From contig OZ219926.1 in NCBI GenBank assembly GCA_964291405.2, positions 608,001 to 672,000 of the forward strand: DNA of 64,000 nucleotides, read 5' to 3'. The notes under the pieces are model-generated. The model was not told the DNA's origin. It was given only the letters and a program-made list of their open reading frames with translations, and made no database searches. The position numbers and the translations under genes were made by a program. This document shows positions 21,994-33,345 of the stretch, one piece after another; position 1 is the stretch's first letter; the number at the start of each line of letters is the position of its first letter. This stretch comes from Thermodesulfobacteriota bacterium. GTDB lineage: Bacteria; Desulfobacterota; Binatia; Bin18.

Positions 21994-24402
21994 TTAATGG
22001 GTCACGATCTCGGTTGATTCAGTCGGGTCAGGTGCATCGGAAGAATAGAGAGGATCCTCATCAACCACGGTCTCTTTCTTTGCTAGGAATTCCTCGGGCT
22101 CGGCAAGGACGAGCGCATTGCGGAGCACTGCGTCAAGATGGTCAACAGGTTCGACATGGACGGCCCGCAAGATATTCGCTGGAACTTCCTGGAGGTCTTT
22201 TTCGTTTTCAATTGGGACGAGTATTCTTGTTATCCCTCCACGGTGGGCAGCGAGTATCTTCTCCTTAAGCCCACCAATGGGGAGCACACGACCACGCAGG
22301 GTAATTTCTCCGGTCATAGCCGTGTCATGTCGAACCGGGATCTTTGTCAGAGCTGAGACCAGGCAGGTTGCCATTGTCACGCCGGCCGATGGGCCATCTT
22401 TCGGGATCGCTCCTTCTGGAATGTGGATATGCACATCAATGTTCTGGTAAAAATCCTTATCGAGCCCTAACTCATCGGCCCGTGAGCGCACATAGCTCAT
22501 CGCCGCCTGGGCAGATTCTTGCATCACATCGCCAATTTTTCCAGTAATGGTTAACTTCCCTTTACCAGGTACAATGGTCACCTCAGTCGCAAGCAGCTCA
22601 CCTCCCATATCCGTCCAAGCCAAACCCGTCACGACACCAATTTTGTCTTCCTGCTCCGTCTTACTTACCCGATAGCGGACAGGCCCTAAATATTTTTCGA
22701 GGCGTTTCTGATTTAACCGCACATGCGTATCTTTACCCTTTTTGACAACTTCTACTGCAACCTTTCGACACAGCGTCGCAATTTCCCGTTCGAGATTTCT
22801 GACTCCAGATTCTCGAGTATAGGAGCGTACCACGGTAGACAGAATCCGGTCAGAGCACGTGATATTCTGCTCAGTCAGACCGTTTGCTTCACGTTGCTTT
22901 TTAAACAAAAAATGCTTCGCAATATTTAGTTTTTCCCACTCGGTGTAACCAGGGATTCTGATGATCTCCATGCGGTCCTGGAGGGGACGGGGAATCCGCT
23001 CAAGATTATTGGCCGTACAGATAAAAAGAATTTTTGACAGATCGTAATCTACATCAAGGTAATGGTCGTTGAAGGTCGTATTCTGTTCTGGATCAAGGAC
23101 TTCCATCAACGCGGCGGACGGATCCCCCCGAAAATCGGTTGACATCTTGTCGATCTCATCAAGAAGAAAGACCGGGTTCCCTGACCCCGCTTTTTTCATT
23201 CCCTGGATTATTTTCCCAGGCATTGCTCCGATATAGGTCCGTCGGTGCCCCCGAATTTCTGCCTCGTCGCGTACTCCACCGAGGGAGACTCGAACAAACT
23301 CTCGGTCCGTCGAGCGGGCAATGGATTTTCCCAGGGACGTTTTCCCCACCCCCGGAGGACCAACAAAACAGAGAATCGGCCCTTTTAACTCGCCGACAAG
23401 ACTTTGGACGGCAAGATATTCTAGGATACGTTCTTTGACCTTTTCCAGACCGTAGTGGTCCTCGTCTAAAATCTTTTCTGCATCTTGAATGTCCAGCTTA
23501 TCTTCCGTGTATTCATACCAGGGCAGGACGAGCAACCAGTCAATATAGTTTCGCACAACGGTCGCCTCGGCAGACATCGGCGACATCATCTTCAGCTTCT
23601 TGAGTTCCTTTTCTACTTTGTCCCGGGCCTCTTGAGACAGCTTCTTTTGTCGGATTTTTTCTTCGAGCTCTTGCAACTCATTCTTGAATTCGTCTTTTTC
23701 TCCGAGCTCTTTTTGAATGGCCCGCATTTGCTCGTTGAGATAGTACTCCTTCTGGGTCTTTTCCATTTGTTTTTTGACCCGGTTGCGTATCCTCCGCTCC
23801 ACCTCAAGTATCTCAATCTCGGAACGCGTAAAGCTCAATACTTTCTCCAGTCGTTCAGCGGGATCGATCGTTTCAAGCAGGGTCTGTTTATCCTCCAATT
23901 TAATACCAAGGTGGGCAATAATAGTATCGGCGAGTCGAGACGGATCATCAAGCGCCGAGACCGACATAATCATCTCTGGAGGAATCTTCTTATTCAGACG
24001 AACATAGTTCTCAAATGCCGTATTCACGCTTTTCACCAACGCATCGATTTCGGCTTGTCGTTGTGACGTCTCTTCAACCTCCTCCACGTCAGCCCAGAAG
24101 AAGTCATTCTGCTCCACGTATTGGACGACCTGTCCGCGCTGTTTCCCCTCAACCAGCACCTTCACGGTCCCGTCTGGCAACCGGAGGAGTTGCACAACAT
24201 GCCCAATGGTACCCATGGAATAAATGTCATTGGCAATCGGATCATTGACTTTCGCATCACGCTGCGTTGCAAGAAAAATCAGTTTATCGCCGGCAACCGA
24301 CTCTTCGAGCGCCTTAATCGACTTTTGCCGTCCCACAAAGAGGGGAACGACCATGTGAGGAAAAACAATAATATCTCGTAACGGTAAAAGCGGTAGACGC
24401 AC
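21994..24402 (-). CDS. lon: ATP-dependent protease La (Lon)
   Basis: LPLLPLRD start, GPPGVGKTS Walker A, PKDGPSAG catalytic Ser, IGGLKEK; start set at GTG 24402 behind AAGGAGG (see finding). Confidence 0.97.
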   Translation of the reverse strand: MRLPLLPLRDIIVFPHMVVPLFVGRQKSIKALEESVAGDKLIFLATQRDAKVNDPIANDIYSMGTIGHVVQLLRLPDGTVKVLVEGKQRGQVVQYVEQNDFFWADVEEVEETSQRQAEIDALVKSVNTAFENYVRLNKKIPPEMIMSVSALDDPSRLADTIIAHLGIKLEDKQTLLETIDPAERLEKVLSFTRSEIEILEVERRIRNRVKKQMEKTQKEYYLNEQMRAIQKELGEKDEFKNELQELEEKIRQKKLSQEARDKVEKELKKLKMMSPMSAEATVVRNYIDWLLVLPWYEYTEDKLDIQDAEKILDEDHYGLEKVKERILEYLAVQSLVGELKGPILCFVGPPGVGKTSLGKSIARSTDREFVRVSLGGVRDEAEIRGHRRTYIGAMPGKIIQGMKKAGSGNPVFLLDEIDKMSTDFRGDPSAALMEVLDPEQNTTFNDHYLDVDYDLSKILFICTANNLERIPRPLQDRMEIIRIPGYTEWEKLNIAKHFLFKKQREANGLTEQNITCSDRILSTVVRSYTRESGVRNLEREIATLCRKVAVEVVKKGKDTHVRLNQKRLEKYLGPVRYRVSKTEQEDKIGVVTGLAWTDMGGELLATEVTIVPGKGKLTITGKIGDVMQESAQAAMSYVRSRADELGLDKDFYQNIDVHIHIPEGAIPKDGPSAGVTMATCLVSALTKIPVRHDTAMTGEITLRGRVLPIGGLKEKILAAHRGGITRILVPIENEKDLQEVPANILRAVHVEPVDHLDAVLRNALVLAEPEEFLAKKETVVDEDPLYSSDAPDPTESTEIVTH

Positions 24403-24475
24403 GGCCCCTCCTTTTTCCGATCTCTCTTTATTAGTCTTTCTGGAACAACATGCCGCTGCTTTCCGAATCAGGTCG

Positions 24476-25729
24476 TCAGGCACTCTCAGCCGTTGCCTTT
24501 TGGTACATCACAATAGGCTGCACATTGCGTGACACCACTTCTTCGGAAATAAGGACTTCTTTGATATTCGGCTGTGAAGGGATATCGTACATGATATCCA
24601 GCATGATGTTTTCCATAATAGCACGCAGCCCGCGAGCCCCGGTTTTTCTGGCTAATGCCTCACGAGCGATCGCAGTTAGCGCGCCTTCCGTAAAGCGCAG
24701 GTGAACATTCTCCAATTCAAAGAGCTTTTGGTATTGACGAACGAGCGCATTTTTTGGCTCACGCAAAATTCGGACTAACGCCTGATCGTCCAGTTCCTTG
24801 AGCGTCGCTAAAACGGGAAGACGGCCGATAAATTCCGGTATCATGCCAAATTTCAGCAGGTCTTCTGGTTGCACTTCTGTGAGCAGACTGCTCCCCTTCA
24901 GGTTGGTGCTTCGGACATCTGCCCCAAACCCAAGACTCTTCCCCCCAATCCGTCGTTGAATAACATCTTCCAGACCGACAAACGCGCCGCCACAGATAAA
25001 GAGGATATTCGTCGTATCCACCTGGACGAACTCTTGCTGCGGGTGTTTCCGTCCTCCTTTTGGGGGTACGCTCGCAACTGTCCCTTCAATAATCTTGAGC
25101 AACGCTTGTTGGACACCCTCACCGGAAACATCTCGCGTAATCGAAGGATTATCACCTTTTCGGGCGATCTTGTCGATTTCATCGATATAGACGATTCCCT
25201 TCTGACATTTCTCGACGTCATAGTCAGCATTTTGTAATAAGCTTAAGACAATATTCTCGACATCCTCCCCAACATATCCCGCCTCGGTCAGACTTGTTGC
25301 ATCACCGATCGTAAAAGGCACCTGGAGGAAACGAGCCAAAGTTTGGGCCAGGAGAGTTTTCCCTGACCCCGTTGGACCAAGAAGGAGAATATTAGACTTT
25401 TGGAGTTCTACCTCACTTGTCATTAATTGCGAGTCAACGCGTTTGTAGTGATTGTGGACGGCGACGGAGAGAATTTTCTTTGCTTGCTCCTGTCCGATGA
25501 CGTATTGGTCCAAAACACGCTTTATCTCTGCCGGCTTTGGGACGGTCGAGGATGCTGCCAGCGAGTCTTCCTGGTCACACTCCTCTGCGATAATGTCATT
25601 ACACAGATCGATACATTCGTCACAGATATAGACCGTAGGGCCCGCAATCAGTTTGCGAACTTCATCCTGACTCTTGCCACAAAAAGAGCAAACCAAATTT
25701 CCGGGACGATCATCGCCATTTCTGGGCAT
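24476..25729 (-). CDS. clpX: ATP-dependent Clp protease ATPase subunit ClpX
   Basis: C4 zinc finger CSFC...[19 protein letters not shown] loop, LGF ClpP-docking loop. Confidence 0.98.
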   Translation of the reverse strand: MPRNGDDRPGNLVCSFCGKSQDEVRKLIAGPTVYICDECIDLCNDIIAEECDQEDSLAASSTVPKPAEIKRVLDQYVIGQEQAKKILSVAVHNHYKRVDSQLMTSEVELQKSNILLLGPTGSGKTLLAQTLARFLQVPFTIGDATSLTEAGYVGEDVENIVLSLLQNADYDVEKCQKGIVYIDEIDKIARKGDNPSITRDVSGEGVQQALLKIIEGTVASVPPKGGRKHPQQEFVQVDTTNILFICGGAFVGLEDVIQRRIGGKSLGFGADVRSTNLKGSSLLTEVQPEDLLKFGMIPEFIGRLPVLATLKELDDQALVRILREPKNALVRQYQKLFELENVHLRFTEGALTAIAREALARKTGARGLRAIMENIMLDIMYDIPSQPNIKEVLISEEVVSRNVQPIVMYQKATAESA

Positions 25730-25940
25730 AGCTACTCCTTGGATCGTTTTCAGACCGCACGGTATAGGGATATGTGCTCCGGGTTAGCGTGGTGTCCCTC
25801 CGCTCGGAAGAAAAAACAGTATCCATACTCACTTACCAGTCCGTACTGGATAGCCATCAGATACATAGTGTCGCAGAGAGAAGCTTTCATCTTTCAGCCC
25901 AATCACACGGGGTGGAAGAGTTCTTCACCAAGGATCCATA

Positions 25941-27263
25941 CTAATCGTTTTCCTCGACACCAGCAACGTCTTCTTGGACCACTCGAACATGGGCCTTTCC
26001 CACAACCGCCTGAAGTGCCTTTTCTCTGCACAGTCGCCCTTGCAGCATCTGACGATTCCTCGGATCAGCGTAGAATGTCTCAATCTGCTGTTGCTGTTCG
26101 ACACTCGCCGCTCCAAAATCTTCAATCTTTAGATCAACCTCTTCCTTCGTGCTTGTGATACCGAGTTGCTCTACCAGTGCATCAAGGAGCAGTGTCGTCT
26201 CAATCTGTCGCTTTGCCCGCTGGGAAAAATCCTCGCGTATGGCCTCAGGAATAGTCGGGTCATCAAAGCTGACATTACTCTGTCCCTGCATGCCCGACTC
26301 AACGAACAACTGTTGCGCTTGTTCACGAATAAGGCCAGGGGGGACCTCAAAGGGATTTTTGTTGAGGATTTGGCTCAGTACAGCGTCATGCATCTGCCCT
26401 TCGGCTGTCCGCTCCGCCATCTGTTCCATATTCTCCCGAATCTTGGCGCGTAACTCTTCAAGGGTATCACACTCTCCGTGGTCTTTCGCAAACTCATCGT
26501 CTAAAAGCGGGACTTCCTTTTGGGCAATATCGTGTATGGTGACGTGAAAGGTAGCAGTAGGCATAGCTTCCTGCTGATCGGATTCTGTCTCTTGAGGTCC
26601 CTGAGGCAATGGCAATGAAAATTCAACAGCCTGTCCTTTCTTGACACCAGTGAGCTGCTCTTGAAACCCAGGCAGGAGCGACTCTTTGCCCAACTCAACC
26701 AATCGGCCCTTTCCTTCGAGCCCCGGAATGGCTCGCCCGTGCTGTACGGCCCGGTAATCCAGGGTGACAACGTCTCCCGACTCAACCTGCTCTCGATCCG
26801 TTACGGGGTGAAGCTGAGCAAAAGATTCGGCAAGTCGCGCTAAGGACTTGTCGACCTCCTGCTCCGCTACTGACGAGATCACTTTGTCAACCGCTATCCC
26901 CTCGTAATCAACGTTCTTGACCTCAGGCTTCGTCTCAACCGTCGCTGAATAACAGAAAGGGTTTCCTGCGACCAAGCGCTCAGTCACAATCTGAGGCTTT
27001 GTCACAATAGCAAGTTCGTGCTCCTCTATTGCTTTGGTAAGAGACTCCTCAACCAGAGAGGAACTCACTTCTGCAGCGATCTCTTCTCCAAAGCGACGTT
27101 CGAGCACCTGCCTTGGCACTCGCCCAGCACGAAAGCCTTTCAGTTGAACGCGGTTTTGATAGGTTCGATACACCTTGTCCAGTCCGGCTTGGACTTGATC
27201 TGCAGGAATCTCGAAAGCAATTTTTTGCTGGACCGAACTCAGCCTCTCAATCGAAATCTTCAT
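25941..27263 (-). CDS. tig: Trigger factor
   Basis: GFRAGRVP ribosome-binding motif, FKBP-like middle domain, LDDEFAK; start trimmed to ATG 27263. Confidence 0.93.
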   Translation of the reverse strand: MKISIERLSSVQQKIAFEIPADQVQAGLDKVYRTYQNRVQLKGFRAGRVPRQVLERRFGEEIAAEVSSSLVEESLTKAIEEHELAIVTKPQIVTERLVAGNPFCYSATVETKPEVKNVDYEGIAVDKVISSVAEQEVDKSLARLAESFAQLHPVTDREQVESGDVVTLDYRAVQHGRAIPGLEGKGRLVELGKESLLPGFQEQLTGVKKGQAVEFSLPLPQGPQETESDQQEAMPTATFHVTIHDIAQKEVPLLDDEFAKDHGECDTLEELRAKIRENMEQMAERTAEGQMHDAVLSQILNKNPFEVPPGLIREQAQQLFVESGMQGQSNVSFDDPTIPEAIREDFSQRAKRQIETTLLLDALVEQLGITSTKEEVDLKIEDFGAASVEQQQQIETFYADPRNRQMLQGRLCREKALQAVVGKAHVRVVQEDVAGVEEND

Positions 27264-27324
27264 ACAGCAACAACCTATTGCGAATATCAACAGAGTTCTT
27301 CATACCACTCGGACAAGACATGCG

Positions 27325-27409
27325 TGCGAGAGGGGGGACTTGAACCCCCATCCGCTTCAAGCGGACTAGATCCTAAGTCTAGCGCGTCTGCCAATTTCGC
27401 CACTCTCGC
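27325..27409 (-). tRNA. tRNA-Leu (TAG)
   Basis: CTAGA-CTTAGGA-TCTAG plus long variable arm. Confidence 0.95.
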
Positions 27410-27430
27410 ATATGTCCTCGCCGAGGGTGA

Positions 27431-27503
<73 letters not shown>

Positions 27504-27595
27504 ACGGGCACCATAACTACTATTCTTAGCCATGGCAACCGGAGCCGTGGCCGTGCATGTCAGTAGAATATCAGGCGATGGAGTGAAGGGGATAA

Positions 27596-27669
27596 GGTGG
27601 GTGAAGGGACTTGAACCCTCGACTCCTGGGACCACAACCCAGTGCTCTACCAACTGAGCTACACCCACC
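27596..27669 (-). tRNA. tRNA-His (GTG)
   Basis: CTGGG-TTGTGGT-CCCAG; G-1:C73 identity pair present. Confidence 0.95.
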
Positions 27670-27672
27670 CTA

Positions 27673-27746
<74 letters not shown>

Positions 27747-27759
27747 CCTCAAGGTCTAG

Positions 27760-27794
27760 ACTGTCAGGAGCGTTGACCTATTCCTCCTGACAGT
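27760..27794. repeat. 11-bp perfect inverted repeat between tRNA-Pro and tRNA-Arg
   Basis: ACTGTCAGGAG-N13-CTCCTGACAGT. Confidence 0.85.
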
Positions 27795-27803
27795 AAAATC
27801 GTA

Positions 27804-27877
27804 TCGGGGCGAGCCGATTTGAACGGCCGACCCCCTGCTCCCAAGGCAGGTGCGCTACCAGGCTGCGCTACGCCCCG
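27804..27877 (-). tRNA. tRNA-Pro (TGG)
   Basis: CGGGGCG acceptor, CCTGC-CTTGGGA-GCAGG. Confidence 0.95.
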
Positions 27878-27928
27878 ACATGGCTCAGTTCCCGTTCAAC
27901 GTGAGGGTTGCGACGTTCTCGCCTCCCT

Positions 27929-27957
27929 AGCCTAACATGCCGTCAAAGGCTGGACAA
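27929..27957 (-). promoter_or_regulatory. Possible promoter of tRNA Pro-Arg-His-Lys-Leu cluster
   Basis: TTGTCC-N17-TAGGCT with TG extension. Confidence 0.4.
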
Positions 27958-27994
27958 ATCGAGTCCTGTTCCCGTTCCAACGCCTACGTGTTCG

Positions 27995-29509
27995 CTAACT
28001 GCCTAAGAAAAAACGCGTCGAGCGGTCAGCAAAGTCGAAAACAGGTGCCCAATACACCCCGAGGACAACAGTCCCCACACTCAAAATTGCGAGTAAGGAC
28101 CCATTATGGGGGTCGAGCGCAACCTCACCTTCCGCGTCAGACGGCTCATCAAGGAACATCGTCTTAACAATGCGCGCATAATAATAGAGGGACACGACAC
28201 TGTTCAATATCCCAACCACCGCAAGCCAATAGAATTGGCCCTTCACCACCGCCGCAAAGAGATAGAATTTTCCAATAAAACCAGCGAGCGGAGGCAGACC
28301 CGTGAGCGAAAAGAGGAAAATTGCCATGGCTACCGCAGGCAAAGCGCCTCCTCTCCAGGCAAGCCCACGAAAGCCTTCTAAGTCTTCACGGCCCGTATTA
28401 TTCGCCACCACCATGACGACGATAAACGCCCCAAGGTTCATCAAGTAGTAGACGACGATGTAGAACAGCATGGCCCGCAGCCCCTCGTCGCTGAGCACGA
28501 CAAAGCCCATGAGGATGTAGCCGGCGTGGGCGATACTGGAATAGGCTAGGAGACGCTTCACATTAGACTGGTTCAGGGCGGCAAGGTTCCCAAGCGTCAT
28601 CGTCACCATCGCTACAATAAGCATGAGTTGTGGCCACTCGACACCGGGGACGAATTGCCACATGCCAGCGTCTCCACTTTGAGACAGTGCTGGATAGAAA
28701 AATCTCATCAGGAGAGCGAAGCCCGCCGCCTTTGAGCCGACCGAAAGAAAGGCGGTCACAGGAATGGGAGCCCCGTGGTAGACATCGGGGGCCCACATAT
28801 GGAAGGGAACCGCGGCAATTTTATAGCCGAATCCGGCCAACATAAGGACAAGGGCGATAAATAATGTGAGTTGATCTGGAGCATTTTGCAGCAGCGCCGC
28901 GTTAATTTCCGCATAATCCAGGCTTCCGGTCAAACCAAAGATCCAGCTCATGCCATAGATCATGGTCCCCGAGGCGACACCGCCATAAATGAGATATTTT
29001 AGCGCAGCTTCTCCAGATCTTCGATTTCGTGTCAAATATCCCGTAAGCACATAGGATGTCAGACTGACGAACTCTAAAGACAGATAGGCCAGGAGCAGAT
29101 TCGTTGCCGAGGCCATGAAAAACATACCGAGCCCGCTCGCCAGTAAAATTCCATAGTATTCACCCTGATTCGGGCCGTTAATCTCCCGCGAGCCAAGGGA
29201 CATCCAGACGACTCCTACTACGGATAAGGAAAGAATCACCTTAAAGAAAATGGCAAAACTATCCAGCGCAATCATGCGATGAAACAGCCATCCTTCCCCG
29301 GCTCCTTGTAGTCCTTCGATAAAACGGACGCCAAAGAAAGACAGGCCCGAAGTAAAGACCAGGGCCAGAGCGGCTCCAACCAGGGCAATATTGCCGAGCC
29401 GCTCCTTATCCTCCACACATAGGTCTACAAGAAAAATCGCCAGAATGGAGAGAACAAGAATCCCTTCAGGGTAGAGATATGCCAAGCTTTCAATACTGCC
29501 GAGGTTCAT
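27995..29509 (-). CDS. nuoN: NADH-quinone oxidoreductase subunit N
   Basis: EAALKY, YKIAAVPFHMWAPDVY, KRLLAYSSIAHAGY. Confidence 0.96.
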   Translation of the reverse strand: MNLGSIESLAYLYPEGILVLSILAIFLVDLCVEDKERLGNIALVGAALALVFTSGLSFFGVRFIEGLQGAGEGWLFHRMIALDSFAIFFKVILSLSVVGVVWMSLGSREINGPNQGEYYGILLASGLGMFFMASATNLLLAYLSLEFVSLTSYVLTGYLTRNRRSGEAALKYLIYGGVASGTMIYGMSWIFGLTGSLDYAEINAALLQNAPDQLTLFIALVLMLAGFGYKIAAVPFHMWAPDVYHGAPIPVTAFLSVGSKAAGFALLMRFFYPALSQSGDAGMWQFVPGVEWPQLMLIVAMVTMTLGNLAALNQSNVKRLLAYSSIAHAGYILMGFVVLSDEGLRAMLFYIVVYYLMNLGAFIVVMVVANNTGREDLEGFRGLAWRGGALPAVAMAIFLFSLTGLPPLAGFIGKFYLFAAVVKGQFYWLAVVGILNSVVSLYYYARIVKTMFLDEPSDAEGEVALDPHNGSLLAILSVGTVVLGVYWAPVFDFADRSTRFFLGS

Positions 29510-29536
29510 GGCATGCTTTCTCTCTCGTTCAACACG

Positions 29537-31108
29537 CTAGCGTAGCGCAACTGCCGCAGCATCAGGACTATTCGTGCTTGCAGACAGCACGACCTCGTTG
29601 AGCCCCTGGAGCGAGACATCGAGCAAGTCCAGAACGGCGTGCGGATAAAATCCCAGAATTACAACAATAGCCCCGAGCGGGACCAACATACACAGCTCTC
29701 TCGTATTGATTTCTGAGAGGTGCATGTCTGCATACTCCTCACGTGGTTTTCCGAGAAACATTTGTTGGATCGTCCACAGCAGATAACTCGCTGTAATAAT
29801 GACGGTCAGAGCGCCGAGTAAGGTGGGAATTTTATGCGTATGCCATGCACCGAGGAGGCACAGGACTTCAGAAATAAAGGCCGACAGACCAGGCAGGCCC
29901 ATAGCCGCGAAAAAAGCCAGACCCATCACGCCAGTATAGACCGGCATCACAGAAGCTAAGCCACCAAATCCATCAATGCGCCGGTGGTGGGCCCGATCAT
30001 AGATCACTCCAACAATGAGGAAGAGCATGGCGGTAATCGTTCCATGATTGAACATCTGTAAGACCGCACCGTTGATCCCTTGCGGGGTAAACGATGCCAT
30101 CCCCAACATGACATATCCCATGTGGCTGATGCTGGAATAGGCCACGAGTTTTTTCAAATCCTTGGGCTCAGTAAAACACTGGGATAAGGCACAGAAGGCT
30201 CCATAGACGATGTTCCATGCACCTAAGGCGGCCAAGCAGTACGGTGCGAAAAAGAAGGTTTCTGCCGGAAGGAGAGGATAATTCACCCGTAAAATCCCAT
30301 ACGTTCCCATTTTCAGGAGAACCCCAGCCAGAATAACGGAGATTGCGGTGGGCGCTTCGACGTGTGCGTCAGGCAGCCATGTATGGAAGGGAAAGGCCGG
30401 AATTTTTACGGCAAAGTTCACAAAGAGCGCGAGCCACATGATTTGCGGCAAAGAGAAGCCAAACAGGAGCGGCTCGGTCTGAAAATGCTGCGCCACGGCC
30501 GGGAGTTGGGTCAAATCAAAAGTGTATCCAACGCCTTCGATGGCCCCGGCTTGAAAATAGAAGACCAGCATACAGACCAACATCAGCGCACTGCCAAGCA
30601 TCGTATACAGGAAAAATTTAATTGCAGCATATTCCCGCCGCGGCCCGCCCCAGATGCCAATCAGGAAATACATCGGCAGCAGCATCAATTCCCAGAAGAT
30701 GAAGAACAGGAAGAAGTCCATGGCGCAGAAAACACCCGTCATGGCCGTATCCAGCAGCAAGAAAAGGGCGAAATAACCCTTCTCAGCCCGCTCAATATTC
30801 CAAGAGGCCAGAATGCAAATCGGGCATAGAAAGGCAGTCAGCAAAACCATCGATATACTGACGCCGTCGACGCCGACAAAATAGCGAATATTGAATGACT
30901 CAATCCACGGGACGTTCACAACAAATTGGAGCGCGGTGGTCGTGGTATCAAAGTTCTGGTAGAGCCAGATGCCCAAAAAGAACGCCGGCAGGGTAAAAGC
31001 AAGCGCCGTCCATCGAATTAAATCTTTTGCTTGGCTCGGCAGGCAGAAGACAGCGACCATGCCCGCCAGAGGAAAGAAAATCATTAAGGTGAGAATAGAG
31101 GACTCCAT
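29537..31108 (-). CDS. nuoM: NADH-quinone oxidoreductase subunit M
   Basis: FWELMLLPMY, PFHTWLPDAHVEAPT, LLKMG. Confidence 0.96.
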   Translation of the reverse strand: MESSILTLMIFFPLAGMVAVFCLPSQAKDLIRWTALAFTLPAFFLGIWLYQNFDTTTTALQFVVNVPWIESFNIRYFVGVDGVSISMVLLTAFLCPICILASWNIERAEKGYFALFLLLDTAMTGVFCAMDFFLFFIFWELMLLPMYFLIGIWGGPRREYAAIKFFLYTMLGSALMLVCMLVFYFQAGAIEGVGYTFDLTQLPAVAQHFQTEPLLFGFSLPQIMWLALFVNFAVKIPAFPFHTWLPDAHVEAPTAISVILAGVLLKMGTYGILRVNYPLLPAETFFFAPYCLAALGAWNIVYGAFCALSQCFTEPKDLKKLVAYSSISHMGYVMLGMASFTPQGINGAVLQMFNHGTITAMLFLIVGVIYDRAHHRRIDGFGGLASVMPVYTGVMGLAFFAAMGLPGLSAFISEVLCLLGAWHTHKIPTLLGALTVIITASYLLWTIQQMFLGKPREEYADMHLSEINTRELCMLVPLGAIVVILGFYPHAVLDLLDVSLQGLNEVVLSASTNSPDAAAVALR

Positions 31109-31158
31109 AACGGCTCCTTACCGCACATCCACACAAGGGGCTTGATAAAAAGTCTGAT

Positions 31159-33342
31159 TCACCGGAGCTCCGAGACTCCCTCTTTTGTGAACATCAGACG
31201 CCACTGGATTCGTCTGGTGGAGAGCCACAGCGCTATTCCGACCACGATCACCAGGGAGAGAAATACCATCACGACAGGGAGTAATGTGTCCACTCCCACA
31301 CGCGGTAAGAATTGGGAGACGGCAATCGCACCAACAATGACATACAGATAAATACTGAGATTGCCGGTCTGGATTTGGCGTAGCCGATTGCCGATACCAA
31401 AAGTGACATCGGCCAGCCCATTCACCAGCCCATCAATGATGTAATGATCAAATCGACCAACCGCCCAGCCTACCACGCCGGTCACTTTGGCAACGCCATT
31501 CACGATAAAGTCAATGACATTCCGATCAAAGGCGGAGCATAACCAGCTGACCACCAGGGTCCCTCGGACGGCGGTCGCATGGTAGAGTTCGTCAACATAG
31601 TATTTGTTGAACACGGCTTGATACGGGACACCGCCTCCGACCGCAGTAAACGTGTCGGCGGATAGGGACTGCCGATAGTAAATCAGATACGCGAGGAATA
31701 TTCCGACGGCCGCAATGCCAACGGAAGCTACCATCAGGACATACTCGATCACCTCAATATGGTGATGAGCAGCATGGCCACCGCCATGACCACCGGCAAA
31801 GACGGGCTCTAACCAGTGCTCCAGGATATTGCTCCCGCCGAGAGCGGGGGGTACCCCAAGAAAACCGGCAAAGAGCGCACCCACGGCAAGAACAATTAAG
31901 GGGTAGGTCATCACTGGAGGGGATTCATGCAAATGCTCTTTGGTGTGCTCATCGGCACGATTCTCCCCAAAAAACACCATAAAAACCTGACGAAACATAT
32001 AAAATGCGGTCATCCCAGCAGCCGCAAGCCCGATCAGCCACAGGAACGGATGTCCACCGGAAAACGTCAGCCAGAGGATTTCGTCCTTTGAGAAAAATCC
32101 GGCCAGGGGCGGGATACCAGCGATAGCAATAGTTGAGATCAAAAAGGTCCAAAAGGTGAGCGGCATTTTCTCTCTGAGCCCACCCATCTTACGCATATCC
32201 TGCTCATCACCCATCGCATGGATGACGCTTCCCGAGCCCAGAAACAGGCAGGCCTTAAAAAATGCATGCGTCATCAGATGGAAGACAGCAGCGCCATACG
32301 CTCCAACACCGACACCCAGCACCATATAGCCGAGTTGACTGACGGTCGAATACGCGAGCACTTTCTTAATATCAAACTGGGCGAGGCCAATAGTTGCCGC
32401 AACGAGCGCAGTTAAGGCTCCGACCGTCGCCACCACACCGAGCGCAACCGGCGACAGAGAAAAGAGAAAGTGCATCCGAGCCATCATATACACGCCTGCG
32501 GTCACCATGGTCGCAGCATGGATCAGTGCACTCACCGGAGTCGGTCCGGCCATCGCATCCGGCAACCACACATAGAGTGGAATTTGCGCGGACTTCCCAG
32601 TCGCTCCGACGAAAAGACACAACGCTGCGAGCGTCGCCGCCGGGACGCCCCAGACCATCTGACCTTCCAGGTGATGAACCAGATGACTCAGGTCACGAAA
32701 GACCGCGGTCGTCCCGTGTCCCGCTTCAAAGAGACTCCAGAAAATAATAAAAATACCCAGTGTAAAGCCGGCGTCACCAATCCGGTTGACAATAAACGCC
32801 TTGTTTCCAGCAGTAGTATTCGCCTGTTCCTTATACCAAAATCCAATCAGTCCATAGGAGCACAGGCCAACACCTTCCCAGCCCACAAACATCAACACCA
32901 AGTTATCAGCCAGCACCAAGGTCAGCATCGCCGCGGTAAAAAGATTGAGATAGGCAAAAAAGCGCCAGTACGCTTCGTCATCATGCATATAGCCGATTGA
33001 ATACAGGTGAATCAGACCGCCAATACCAGTGACGATCAGGATCATCAGGCCGGAGAGGGGATCGACAGCGAACGCGATATCAACCTGAAGAGCACCGATA
33101 TGTATCCAGCGCAGGAGCGTATCGAGCAGGTAGCGTTCTTCAGGCACCAAACTGGTAAGCTGAAAAAAGGCCCGTAGCGAAAAGATAAAGGCTAGACCAA
33201 CAGCCGCGCAGGCAACAACGCTGATCCCGTTCTTCCCAAAACGCGCCTGGATCTTCGCCCCGAAAACACCATTGATAACGGCACCGAGCAGGGGAAAGAG
33301 AACGATCCAGCGCAGGTAGGAGACGAGAAGCGGGTGATCCAT
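31159..33342 (-). CDS. nuoL: NADH-quinone oxidoreductase subunit L
   Basis: GWEGVG, GKSAQIPL..WLPDAMAGPTPVSALIHAATMV. Confidence 0.97.
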   Translation of the reverse strand: MDHPLLVSYLRWIVLFPLLGAVINGVFGAKIQARFGKNGISVVACAAVGLAFIFSLRAFFQLTSLVPEERYLLDTLLRWIHIGALQVDIAFAVDPLSGLMILIVTGIGGLIHLYSIGYMHDDEAYWRFFAYLNLFTAAMLTLVLADNLVLMFVGWEGVGLCSYGLIGFWYKEQANTTAGNKAFIVNRIGDAGFTLGIFIIFWSLFEAGHGTTAVFRDLSHLVHHLEGQMVWGVPAATLAALCLFVGATGKSAQIPLYVWLPDAMAGPTPVSALIHAATMVTAGVYMMARMHFLFSLSPVALGVVATVGALTALVAATIGLAQFDIKKVLAYSTVSQLGYMVLGVGVGAYGAAVFHLMTHAFFKACLFLGSGSVIHAMGDEQDMRKMGGLREKMPLTFWTFLISTIAIAGIPPLAGFFSKDEILWLTFSGGHPFLWLIGLAAAGMTAFYMFRQVFMVFFGENRADEHTKEHLHESPPVMTYPLIVLAVGALFAGFLGVPPALGGSNILEHWLEPVFAGGHGGGHAAHHHIEVIEYVLMVASVGIAAVGIFLAYLIYYRQSLSADTFTAVGGGVPYQAVFNKYYVDELYHATAVRGTLVVSWLCSAFDRNVIDFIVNGVAKVTGVVGWAVGRFDHYIIDGLVNGLADVTFGIGNRLRQIQTGNLSIYLYVIVGAIAVSQFLPRVGVDTLLPVVMVFLSLVIVVGIALWLSTRRIQWRLMFTKEGVSELR

Positions 33343-33345
33343 AGA

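Noticed and set aside
25427-26158. 243-aa + strand ORF across the tig-clpX gap as a clpP replacement
   Set aside because: Antisense to both tig and clpX; no protease motifs
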